Below are positions 1-11,789 of a DNA stretch of 64,000 nt, piece by piece (position 1 is the stretch's first letter; every line of letters starts with the position of its first letter). Source of the DNA: Trichosphaerium sp. ATCC 40318 (lineage: Eukaryota > Protista > Tubulinea); NCBI GenBank assembly GCA_038496445.1, contig JALMLS010000423.1:1-64000 (forward strand), given 5' to 3'. The notes below the pieces were generated by a model, which saw only the letters and a program-made list of their open reading frames with translations, did no database searches and was not told the DNA's origin. Both the position numbers and the translations under genes were made by a program.

Positions 1-1068
1 TTGTTGGTGTCAGTGGTATTTGAAACAACTGAAGCACCACCAACATTAGAAGCCTGAATGGTTGCCAAAGGTGCTAGAATAAACAAAGTTAGTGGGACAA
101 CTAGATACAATCGGGCGGCTAACAGCCATGCGCGTGTACCCGGCGGTCCGACGGAGGTTTTATTGGCACCGCCAACTGTCAATGTAGCAATCTTAATGTT
201 ACTTCTTTTGCTTTTCCTTCTTCTTGGAGATTTTGTTGTTGGCTTTGCTTTGGTTAAATCTTCTACATCTGTTTCTCCTGTTTTTTTGTTTTTGTGGCTT
301 CTGGCATTTTTAGTATTGCCACTTTTAACCTCTTTGAAATGGCTATAACTTTCAATCATCTTTTGCTCCAATGCATCCCCTGTCGAAAACGGGTCATTAC
401 AAACGATCGCGTGTGCGCGAACGGCGCTACTTAGTCGAATGAAATAAAAACCATCACTTACTGTTAGCTTTAACCAAGTTAGAGTCTGCACATATCATAG
501 CCTCCATTGCAGTGTGTGAAAACTGCAATTTGTCCAAGGAGCCCTTGATATTAAAATCATAGTACACTGCATCACTAGTCTTCTTTGGTGTGAACAATAG
601 CTCTGGATCATATACCAACAATTGCTTTAATATGCCATCAGACAACTCTGCTGCATATTCAGACAAAGACCATTCATCTTCAATATCAACAGGGGTTTCA
701 TCATCTATCATGTGGGTCCACCCAAGATTTTTCAGCTCTGTTAAAGCTTGTACTGTAAACTTTCTGCAAAGTTTATACCTGACAAAAAAATAGTTTTGTG
801 ATGTTGTAGGGTATAAACCATGTGTTATTGCTTTGCAAAACTATTCAAAAAAATAAGAGTTGGTGTAACTTTACCATGTGATACTTACAGATATTCTTGC
901 AGCCAGAGGTAGGTCATTCCAAGCACCATGACTAAAATGCCTGATAGTATATCCTGGTATGGTCTTACTTTGCTACAAAAACCATGAGCAACAGCTTTTT
1001 TTGACAAACAAGGAACTAAAAACCCACTTTTATAAAACAGATTTTCATAAATGTAATGCATGTAAAAT

Positions 1069-1257
1069 GGCGTTCCGAGCTCGGAGCGTACGCGAACATA
1101 CGTCATGCGTGTAGAAAGACGTTCCGATCTCGGAGCGCCCGCGAACATGCGCAATGCGTGTTGAACGACAGTCCGAGTTCGGAACGTCCGCGAACATGCG
1201 CAATGTGTGTTGAACGACGGTCCGAGCTCGGAGCGTTCGCGTACATACATTATGCGT
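1069..1257. repeat. Cluster of degenerate GTTCCGAGCTCGGA palindromic repeats (intronic)
   Basis: About 4 copies such as gttccgagctcggagcg...gcgaacat at roughly 50-nt spacing. Confidence 0.85.
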
Positions 1258-2689
1258 GTGTAAAAGGGCATAATAAATAAAATACACCTTTTTATCCACC
1301 ACAGAAGTCATTTGTGTCCTCACTATAGTAGGCACAGGCATGAAAAACAATCCAGATTTATGATCTCTGCTGTTTTGTTTCACTCAGGCCACCAAATTTA
1401 CCTACTAAACTGTCTTGTGTCTAATAATCAAAACAATTAGTTATGTCATTAGTAAAAAAAATAATGTTCAGGGGCTAATAAATGGACATACCAAACGTAT
1501 TAATTGTGTTTTATATTTAATAGACCTTGCAACACTCCACTTCCGTTTGTTTATCCTGTTGTCCTTAACCTTGGGATCTGCATGATAGTCATATTTCAGG
1601 TTAGCAAGTGTCATGAATGTCCCCAAGGCATATGCACTTATCCACCAATGTATGCTTTGTGACTCTGGTTTGGTCTTCATTCAGCTTGGAGCAATATGTT
1701 GATATGGCATTTAAACCCTTAAAAGGATTAAACCATGTCAACTGCTTTCCCAATTTAAAATTGCTGACAGAGTTGGTCCTGGCATGTGTTGGACTTGGTT
1801 TGCTAAAACAAAAATGTCAGGCAACTGTTGTGTATGGTCATGTGTCGCGAACGCCGCCGTACAAGCGTAACGTCTGTGCGACGGCGGTCGATCGTGACGT
1901 ACCAGAGAGCTGTCAACAAGCAATGAGCTCCATCAGCAACACCAAACCCAGGTGTTTTTACCCCATTATAGATCACAGGGTTATATGTTAATATCAAAGG
2001 TTTGAGATGAGTATCTTTCAGTTCCATCTTGTCCAAGATATTTCTAGTGTTTACTGATCTGACATCCATAAAACACAAATATGAGACATTTCATCAGCTT
2101 TTGGTTCAACATCCCCAGGAAGTAGTAGGTCTTCTACTTTCATGCCATCTTTAGCTGCTGTATGATTTAAAGCTTCTAGATCCTTTTTATCAATCAAACA
2201 CAGATTCATTGACTCATGTGCTTTAGTGCAACTAATATAGAAGTAAGTACAATATCAAAGAGTAAACGAAAATATACACATGCGGTCGGCATGTTCGTTC
2301 GGACGTACGACATGAATTCATCAAAATCAGCAGCTTGCTGAAAGGATAGTGAGTTTCTGGCATACACCATCAACAGTGCAGCATAGTATTCAGAATCTGT
2401 CAGATTTAATGCTGTGGCCTCATACAATTGCTCTGTCCAAATAACAATCTGCCAATATAATATTCTTTCCACACAAGTATTATACCAAGTCTGTTTGTCC
2501 ATTTCTCCATCATAGGCCATAGGCTCCCACCACTCAGAAGGAGCTTCATTAAAAGTATTTATCACTTTGTTTAAGAATGTTGCCAAAGAGTCTTTGGTAT
2601 CAAAGTGAGGAAATCTTATCTAAAAAAAACAAACAATGTCAACATCAACAATTCTGATAAATAAGTAGACTAAAAAGGCATGTGTGCTA

Positions 2690-2910
2690 ACCTTCCGAGC
2701 TCGGAACGCTACCGGACAAGAAAACGCGTGTAAGTATACGTCCCGCGCTCGGGACGTGCGTTTACATACATAGACCTGTTTGGATTTCGTTCCTAGCTCG
2801 AAACGCTATCATAAAAGAAAAATGCATGTTAACATTGGTCCCGAGCTCGGACCGCTATCACACAATAAAAACGCATGTAAGGTATAGGTTCCGAGACTGA
2901 GACCTACGTG
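2690..2910. repeat. Second cluster of the same palindromic repeat family (intronic)
   Basis: ttccgagctcggaacg, tcccgcgctcgggacg, ttcctagctcgaaacg, tcccgagctcggaccg, ttccgagactgagac. Confidence 0.8.
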
Positions 2911-3361
2911 ACAAGTGTGTGTTTATGAAAGGAAAATACATACCTTGAACAAATTTGATAGCTGCTCTGGATCATTCAAATCACATGCTGCAGCCAATGT
3001 ATTTGTAAAACTGAGTGAAAAACTATTGCTCAAAATATTTTCCAATTGCTCTAAAGGCATACTTCTGACATGTACTTGGGTAATATCTTTGTCTGGTAAA
3101 ATTGCTTCTCTAAATACATGTAAATAAAACATTGAAAGGAACAAAAGTATATGAGAATCTAACAAGCAACATACAAAAACCCAATGGCAATACCATCCTC
3201 TTCGCCCAACAGAGTGCCAATAGCTTTCTTCCAATTCAAGCGTGAATTTATATTTGCCAATATAAACCAGCCAATACCTTTGGGCTCTGGAACTAGTGTA
3301 AAAGTTAGTCATAGTCAACAATAAACAAGTTAAAATAGAAATATCAACTAAATATATAAAA

Positions 3362-3735
3362 CAATGTATGTAAACATACGTTCCGCGCTCGGGACGTACT
3401 CGAACAGGTCAACGTATGTAAACATACGTTCCGAGCTCGGGACGTACTCGAACAGGTCAACGTATGTAAACGTACGTTCCGAGCTCGGGACGTATACAAA
3501 CAAGTCAACGTATGTAAACGTACGTTCCGAGCTACCCAAACAGGTCAACGTATGTAAACGTACGTTCCGAGCTCGGACGTATCCAAACAAGTCAACGTAT
3601 GTAAACATACGTTCCGAGCTCGGAACATATCCAAACAGGTCAACGTATGTAAACATACGTTCCGAGCTCGGAACGTAATCCAAAAAAGTCAATGTATGTA
3701 AACACGAGTTCCGACCTCGGAACGTATGCGTACAT
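3362..3735. repeat. 48-bp tandem minisatellite (about 7-8 copies) built on the palindrome GTTCCGAGCTCGGAAC
   Basis: Unit caacgtatgtaaacatacgttccgagctcgggacgtactcgaacaggt; perfect 22-bp palindrome at 3656-3677; produces spurious 16-aa-repeat ORFs on both strands. Confidence 0.95.
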
Positions 3736-3956
3736 ACATTGACTTGTTGTATAATTAAAGTAAAAATAAACCCATCAAAAACACATATATGCCTGTACAC
3801 GATAAAGCAATAGCTAGCATTGATACACATAGAATATGTCCTCAAATGCTTTGCTATGGCGGCCTATCGTGACATGCGTATACATGTGCGACGAGGTTCA
3901 ACGAAAAACTTTCAAAGAAAAATTAGGGATTTAAAAAAACCCTTTAAAATCAAAAA

Positions 3957-4007
3957 AACCCCTTCCATTAGGCTTTATTTAATTAATAAAGCCTAATGGA
4001 AGGGGTT
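3957..4007. repeat. Perfect 23-bp inverted repeat with 5-nt loop (hairpin/cruciform)
   Basis: aaccccttccattaggctttatt-taatt-aataaagcctaatggaaggggtt. Confidence 0.95.
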
Positions 4008-4286
4008 AAAAAAAAAAAGGAGGAAGTTGGTACCTTTTTTCTGCTTGGGTATTCTCCTAGCATTTATAGGCTTTTCAGAGCCCTTAGATGTAGGAGAGTC
4101 TTCTTTGTTGTTGCTCATCCTGTGTTTTGATAAAGTCAAACTAAGACAATATCACGTGACGGCGATTGAATCACACATGCATATGTATGTCAATACCAGG
4201 GAACACCTACGTTCTTTGAAATTGATTAATAATTATAAAAAAAAAAAAAGTGTACATACATTGTTATTTATAAAATAATAAATAAA

Positions 4287-4446
4287 CATGCACTTTAGTT
4301 TTATTATGTCAATTTCATTGAATCTCTTCAAAGTTTTTATAATTCAAACATACACTTTAGTTTTATCAAGGCTATTTCACTGAATCTGCTTAAAGTCTTT
4401 GTAATTCAAACAAACACTTAAGTTTCATGCACAATTTCAAACATGC
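4287..4446. repeat. 62-bp degenerate tandem repeat (about 2.5 copies)
   Basis: Units start at 4287, 4349 and 4411 (ca..cactttagtttta...gaatct...aaagt....taattcaaa). Confidence 0.75.
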
Positions 4447-4645
4447 AATTGACATTGTTGATGACAATTGTGTATGTAGACAATAGTAAGAAAATAATGA
4501 GAAAAATGCAAAATTATGACAAGGACTAATCTTTATGACCCTTGTAACATACGAAAATTTCTACATGCAATAGCATGTGGCAAAATTAGCTCGAACGTTA
4601 CTAACAAGCAAATGTAAGGTTTGAAAAAAAAAATAGTAGCAGACT

Positions 4646-4850
4646 CCTAAACCCTAACCCTAACCCTAATTGGCTTCTAGGGTATAACCCTAATTGTTAT
4701 TTTAATCTATTAGGGCTAGGGTTTTTTCTGGATTGAAATTTACAATTTAGGGCTAGGGTTAGGTTTTCAACCCTAATGATTATTTTGCATCTGTTGTTTG
4801 CTAGGGTTAGGGCTAGGTTTCCAGCCTTATGTTGAATTAGGGTTAGGTTA
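4646..4850. repeat. Interstitial telomere-like repeats, CCCTAA followed by degenerate TTAGGG/CTAGGG
   Basis: cctaaaccctaaccctaaccctaa at 4646-4669, then tagggctagggtt and ttagggttagg blocks at 4712-4850. Confidence 0.85.
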
Positions 4851-5284
4851 TGTAAATTTTCCACTTTTCTACTTGCTTTACACCTTGTTTGTATTTACAA
4901 TTATGATTATATTTATTTATCTTTACTACTATTTGTAAGGCTTAATTTATTTGGGTTACTTGTTTTGGTTTTTTTGACAACTTACAGTTTTACAACCAAA
5001 ACCAACATTTGATTATTTTTGCTAGTTTGTTGGCATTGGTAACTTTTTTGCAATTTGGTTAGTTTTATATTTGTGTATTTTTATGTATTACTTTACATTA
5101 CCATAAAAGCAGAAAAACACATGTTACAATTGGAGTAGGCTTAATGTTACAATAAAAAGTATTATTTCAGGACAAATCCTATGGTTTTTACTTTCACAAC
5201 CATTTGCACTATGTGTACTCAATACCATTATGTATAAGCTCAGTAATAACCTTTATTGTACTGGCTTTGCAGGTTAGTTGATAG

Positions 5285-8200
5285 CTACTCATTACGTGGA
5301 AAGTCAAGCTCAAAATTGGGAGACAAAGGATCAACTTCTATTGTCTCATCAAATGCATCACCAATTTCTACAGTGGCATCATCACGCTTAAATGGATCAC
5401 CTATAACAACTAATTAAAAACCACAGTACAACATGCTAACCACATACCAGTGTAACAACCATTAGCCATTGCAAAGGCAAGTAAATCGCCCCAATTAGGA
5501 TCTCTAAATAGTACACGTGGATTACCAACAACAACAAGGAGCGACTACAGGCGAAAACACATTAATACAGCACATGCTGGGTAGTAGTACTACAAGTACC
5601 TTAGATCGAGTGATTGCCACATTGAACCTCTTTGGATTTTTCAGAAAGCCAAGATTGTGTTTGTAATCAAAGTCCATGTGATTGCTAGATGAGCGTACAG
5701 TTGTAATTATAATAACCTTAAATTCTCTTCCCTATTTAATCCGTTATGACATTAGTGTTTGTATACTTCAACGCACTTGAAATCTTTCTACAGAACCAAC
5801 TTCGACTTGATAGAATCCATTCTCATCAAGCAAAGCCTTGATACGTGCAACTTGTTTACGATATGGTGAAATTACTCCTTAAATATGTGTTAGCTTTATA
5901 GTAGGGAAAAAAAAAAAAAGGAGGTGAATGTACCAATATCCCTTGGCTGTGGGCCGTTTACTTTTATCGCGCAAAGTGCCTTGACATATCCCAGTACTTT
6001 GAGAGCTTCCACAGTGTTAAACCACGATGGACTTGTCCCTTCTCGCTCATCTTTTCTGGGATTAAGGTTAACAAAAAGAAACAATAAAGCGCCACCACTT
6101 ACCCGCTAGTACAGCCGTGGAATATTAATGGAATCCTTGGATTAGGTAAGCCACGCCATCCCAGTAGCAAGTTGATTGCTCTTGTACTTGCTTTTGGTAC
6201 AAGCTCGTCATCATAAAAGAGCCTAGAAGGTACACGCAGCAGAGCAGGATGTGATCTGTAATTATATAGTAGCTTGGTTATGTAGTACGGATTGTATCCT
6301 AACAACACACTTAGCCTACGATTATGTACTGTACTACTATGTACCAGTTGTAGGCGCATAAGGCGCAGAGGTGTACAAGCGCTCCATGAGGCTGGTTTGC
6401 AATCCCAAGTTAGTAGCAAGTTGTGACCGAATAATTGGACCTGTGCAAATATTTTAGCTTTCTTGTGGCACAATACTATTTGTTGAATCATGTACCTAGT
6501 TGCTTTGGATCTCCGGCAAGTACAAGTTTAGTGTCAGGATGTAACACCCCTGAGCCACAAGCAACCAAGAGCTCTGGTTCAGTGGCTTGGCCGGCTTCGT
6601 CAACAAATATATAATCAAAGAATCCTGCCCGGAGTTAATTGCAAACACATGCGCCCATAAACCACATACCCGGTTTAACACCAAGAGACCACAAGTAACC
6701 AGAAGATATGAGCGTGCTAATAACAACACGATACTCAAGGTTAATTTCTTCCACTTCAGGCACTTGGAATCGCTCCACAGAGCGTCTACCCCTGTTGCTG
6801 TATGTTTTGGAATGTTCCATTACTTTTGGAGATACCTATAAACACTAGGTGTAAATACATCGTAGAAGAACAAAAGGTATGATTACGTCTTTTGGATTCC
6901 TACACATGCCATTCAAGCGGAACAATTCCTCAGGAGGAATAGGAGTGTCTGACATCAAGTCAGTCGCTAGTGAGTAAAAAGAAATAGGTGTTGCACGTAC
7001 TTCTACTTAAACGCTCAATCAAGATGTCAGCGGCACTATTAGATGGCGTCACACATAATATACGCTTGCCCTATGCTCGGTGAGATTACATTTTCAGGTC
7101 ACTATAAATTAAGTACTCATACCATAGTGTACAACTGTTTGACAGCTTCGACCACAGTTACTGTTTTACCAGTACCTGGAGGTCCAAATATAATGTATGG
7201 CAACCTAGATTCATGTACCGCAATGTGGTTTACTGCTTTCTAAAAATTTAAAGTATTAAAAACCAACCCTATGAGTTGAGAAAACAAAAACACGTACTGC
7301 TTGCTGAGGGTTGTACTGTAAGTTTTGGTCAAAGAACTTGAGGTCAATTAGATCTCTAGGAGGTGCTTCTTCTTGGTAGAGCGCCGGATTTGCCCAGTGA
7401 GGTGGTCCCTAATGCAACGTTTTAGTGAAAACACAAAAAAAGATGAAGAAAAATGAATACGTACAGTGAGTGTTGCTATAGCACAATGCTGAAGCCTTAG
7501 AGGTGTTCGGGAGAATGTGAAGCGCACACATACTTTGCCGCCTTTATATTTGTTGTGGAATTGTCTATCAAACTTCAAAAAGACGTTTTGCTTTTCAGTT
7601 CGATGTATATAACCTTCCCACTCGTCATTACGACCTGCACAAACCAATGTTTAGTAAACCGTAACTCCAAACATAATACAACACCCACCTTGCCAAGACA
7701 CAAACACTTTATCACCATAAAGAAGTGATGGGCGCTTTTCTGCTAACCCGGGAACCACCAGTTGCAAAAAGCCTTCATTGCATTTTGTTAGTTTTACATC
7801 AATGAGATCAAACTGTCTAATGTCCTTCCAGGATTGAATCTAGTAATAATTGAGCTCATGTCAAAAAAGCCAGCAAGTAGTTACCTCTTCTATCCAAAGC
7901 AGTGTAGAAAACTTATCTTTATATCCTGCCATTGCCGGACGGAGTCTATCATACACTTGACTCATGCTTTCCGCAGTCTCCATTGCTTCGATTAACTTTG
8001 CTGGAACACGATACTCCTCCAAGCGACGAACGAAATTTAATTTTTCAAATCTATAAGCTATTAATAACAATCAATCTTTAAATTTTCTCATTACAATTAA
8101 AAAAATTACTGACTTTCTGTTCGAAAAAAAAACACACGTACTCGGGTCTTGGTCCTCGGATCAATCTTCCTTTTGGTAGTGGGCGTGCTTCACGTTTCTT

Positions 8201-8834
8201 AAAAGCACTCTTAGGTTTCATCTTTTCCATAGCACCTCCTTCATCCTAAATTACCTTAGTGTTAGAAAGTTCGACATCAAAAAAGAAAACCAATAACACC
8301 AACCTTCACAGTGGCTGTCAAAAACCGACCAATATTAAAAGAACCAAAATCAAACATGACAATGGCTCTAAACTCCCCAATTGCGCTTGGAGCAAAAACT
8401 ACATCAACTTGCAGGTTATCTTGAGGCTTAAGTACAACTGGAAGCTTCTAGAAATTAAAAGTAAATAAGTAGTTTTTAAATGAAGTAGCAAACGCACAAT
8501 CTTTTTGGCAACTTCAAACTCAGAGACAGCGCTGTCTAGAATAAATACACGCTTAAGAGTATGAGGCGTTTTGGCAGTGTTCTTCACATTAAAAAATTTG
8601 CCTGTGAACAATTCATGTTAGAAACAAGCTAATAACGAAAAAGAGCATACCACAGCGCTGTTTAACCTTATTGTTAGGAAAAGTGATCTTCGACACAACA
8701 ATTCCACTCTTGTCACTTTCTTTAATGTGCCACATGGGTTAGAGTGACATTTAAAGAGTGACAATAACTATGTCTTACCAATATCTTCACGTGTAATCTC
8801 ATCTTGTGTGCGTATCATTTTGGATTTGTCGATC
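5285..8834 (-). CDS. MOV10: MOV10/SDE3/Armitage-type UPF1-like SF1 RNA helicase module (predicted C-terminal part of a fusion with the upstream EXO1-like domain)
   Basis: Spliced motifs: [144 protein letters not shown]; stop TAG at 5285-5287. Confidence 0.93.
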
Positions 8835-8888
8835 TAAAACGCAATGAGAAACAGAACGACGTATTTTACCTTTGTGTTAAAAGCTTAC

Positions 8889-10259
8889 TTCATAAGGCTC
8901 TGATGTGATAGGATTTATAGAACACTCAATACAAGTCTTTAGTGCTAACGAGTCGCTCAGGCGAGCACCTAGGCATTCGAGGTCACTTCGATCAACATGC
9001 GCAGGTATTGGCCTATGACAAAAAAATATTAGGTTACAATTATGCTACGTAGATACCTAAGCAACATACGCTAATGGCACAATCTCCTTTGATCTTTGAT
9101 CGTATACCCAATGGTGCAAAAAAACAAGTTCTGCCATTTTGAATTTGTCCTCATATGAAGCATCATAGCCACGAATCAATACCGAAATTACCTTGGTTTT
9201 TATGTCACACAAAATACATGTTGTTTTATTACCTTGCTTCCACTCTTGTATTTGTTAATGTTCTGATAAGCGTTCATCAAGCCCATGCCTGGATCATTTG
9301 GCACAATGTCACATCCAGCGAGAATAAACATGTGCAACAACATGTGAGGTGAAAATCGCCCAAGCTGAGGGAACTGCCGATTGTCAACGAGCTTGTCGCT
9401 AGTGTACAATTTGCCACGACCCTTATTTGTAATCTTTAGTAGCACCTAAAGTCGTAAATGTCAGTTGTTTTACTCACAAACAAGCGCTACAATTACTTAC
9501 CTTTTTGGCACCATAAGCGATCAGATCTGTGCTGTCGGATATTATCGTGTCAATGAACCCCGTATTAGCCAAATGAACTAGTTGGGCATCTGCATCATAG
9601 GGTGCCACAATACATTGTACACGACGCTGCTTTAGTGCCTTTAAAGTACGCAATAAATCTAACGGGATCTTTTTGACATTTTCAAATTTTTTGTGTCAAA
9701 AAATGTGAACGCATTGTAATACCTCAATGAGTTGACGCGTCATGTCAGGTGTCACGACTACTGCTTGTCTGAAATGATTGGCCGCTCTAGAATCACCTTT
9801 TTTCATGAAGTCTCGCGCTGCCTTCTCATGATCGTCTTTGTCCCTATTTTACAAAAAACGCGGGTTAGTACAACAACATTTCAAAAAAAAACTTGTAATC
9901 AGTGATAACGCACATTTTACGCCTTTCATAGAGCTCTCGCTTCGCTGGCAGTGGAGCGCCATCAAATACCATCACTGGGATGACGCCACTTCGCTGAAGC
10001 ATGGCAATCATATTTATACAGTGATTTATATATCTAAAACAACACTTCAGCGCAAGGAGAAACCAAATCAATAAATTAAATGCCCAAACAAAACGCACTT
10101 TCTTGTAGGCTTACCGAGCACCAACTCTTCAGCGCAAGAATACGCGCCTTTGCGAAGCCAACCAGAGGCATCAACGCCGACTTTCTTCCCTTTGAAGTCT
10201 GCAATATTACAATTGCGCGTTATAGACAACAAGAACTTGAACAGCCCTTTGATACCCAT
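8889..10259 (-). CDS. EXO1: Exonuclease 1-like (XPG/FEN1 family) nuclease domain, divergent; predicted N-terminal part of a fusion with the MOV10-like helicase
   Basis: MGIKGL...VGVDASGWLRKGAYSCA; PVMVFDGAPLPAK; IVAPYDADAQL; IISDSTDLIAYG; ILAGCDIV (H2TH); VFLHHWVYD; LECLG...INPITSEPYE. Seven exons, all phases consistent. Confidence 0.9.
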
Positions 10260-10409
10260 TGTTAAAGGATCGGAAACGCTGAACTAGTGCTAACAGACCA
10301 AAACTTAAAGTCAACCACCCAAAAAAAAACAAATTTCGAAGGATTTATTACAATTTAGCGAAACCAAACAAGTGTCAAAACGGCGCAGGAGGTTTTTTTT
10401 TTTGAAAGC

Positions 10410-11457
10410 TCAAACGCGCTTTGAGAGCTCAACCGCCACTTGTGTGCCGAATTTAATGCTTGTGTATAGAATATTGTACAGTGGTGCCTACACGTCTTGT
10501 TATTAGAGTGCACACGTGGATACCAAACAAAAACGTTACCTTTTTGGAGTCATGCTCAATTGCAATGTCGTGATGCTCCATTTCATCATCTCGAAACTGT
10601 TTTACTACCTGTACAGTAAAAAAAATTAGGTAAGGGTCCAAAGGCAACACTATTTTCTCACCTTTCGCAATTGCTTATCCTCTGGGTCTACTTCTATAAT
10701 ACGCTTTAATTGGTCGTCGTAGTGTTCACTAATAGCAGATTCAACAGCTTCAGTGCATGCCATCGCCGCTTCTTTTCCTAGTAGGGCAGTACCATATCCT
10801 AAAGTTTATTTTACACATTTGTGTATATTTTTTGTCACAAACAATCTACCTGCTGCGTAGCCAAGTACTTCCCATACTGGATTTAAAGCAGTTGGCCGCA
10901 CGCGTCGTTCGTGCAAGAGCGTTTGGAAAGTCTCGTAGTGTTCCACCTCCTGATCCTTCATTTCTTTAATTTTATCTCCTAGAACACGTGGGACTTTAAG
11001 TACAAAGAGCACAAAAACACTGCCGCACCATAGGCTGATTTACCAAGTACTGCTAGTTGCCCATCGTATATTTTTTGTGCACCAAATTCCCCAGCGTGGT
11101 CCACTCTAAGGCTCACTGTCAAAAAAAATTTAAACGGTTTTTTTTTATGAATTCATAACAAACTAAACAATTGTTACCTAATAATCTCGTCCATGAGAGC
11201 CCTACGCTTGGCGTCGCCAAATATTGGAGAATATTTGCGTTTTAAGTCTCTGCCAGTAAAGTTAATCAAAACTGCCCTGGGGCTTTACGTACTCCCTATT
11301 GGGCGCGTCTTCACTAAACTTTGCAGCGTAATATCGTTTCGTATTATTTGCCTGAGGTCTAGCTAAACACGTCCTTACACATGTGTAGCGTTTAGTGGTA
11401 ACGCTACGGGCAAACATTGGTTGATTTAAACTCGATTTAGACGCCATACCTGAGCAT
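10410..11457 (-). CDS. COQ7: 5-demethoxyubiquinone hydroxylase, mitochondrial
   Basis: [65 protein letters not shown]; Arg/Thr-rich N-terminus like a presequence. Confidence 0.95.
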
Positions 11458-11789
11458 GAGGTGCTATTTGTTCCTGTACAGTGACAATTTAACAGCGAGA
11501 CCACACTGTGAGTTTAAGAAGTTGTGAAAAAACACTCAAGCAAGAATTTGCCCACAAAAACCCAGCACAAACTGCAGTGGCAGTTTAGTTTAGCTCTCCG
11601 TTTTTTACCGCTATTGCGCTGAATACTTGTCAATAAAAGTCACCACAACATTGGTACTAACACGTTTTTTTTTTTTGTTTTACAAGCAAAAAACGCCATT
11701 ACCTGCTTGTTCACTAAAGTTTTCTTTATTTTTTACAAGTCAGCAAACTATACCAGTTTTAGTGCGTTTTCGTAGCCACGTGTGCTCGC

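Larger units (their letters stand above)
1..4118 (-). pseudogene. Multi-exon gene of unknown function with a ParB/Srx-like motif; probably mobile-element borne and decayed; runs off the left edge
   Basis: Exons splice in phase: MSNNKEDSPTSK...(4118-4034), VPEPKGIGWF..., EAILPDKD..., IRFPHFDTKDSLATFLNKV..., ...KPLILTYNPVIYNGVKTPGFGVADGAHCLLTALW. An apparent 1-nt frameshift lies near 2080. Introns are long and repeat-filled, unlike host introns. Confidence 0.5.

Noticed and set aside
3348-3845. Repeat-protein ORFs or a CRISPR-like array in the 48-bp repeats
   Set aside because: ORFs on both strands are by-products of a 48-bp unit. The intervening sequences are near-identical rather than unique spacers, there are no cas genes, and the context is eukaryotic and intronic.
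4646-4850. Chromosome end-to-end fusion site
   Set aside because: Orientation is CCCTAA then TTAGGG, the reverse of a fusion scar, and the tracts are short.
8819-8880. Independent start of the helicase at ATG ATA CGC with EXO1 ending VSF*
   Set aside because: Not excluded but disfavoured: it leaves about 57 nt for both terminator and promoter, and that interval coincides with a canonical in-phase intron.
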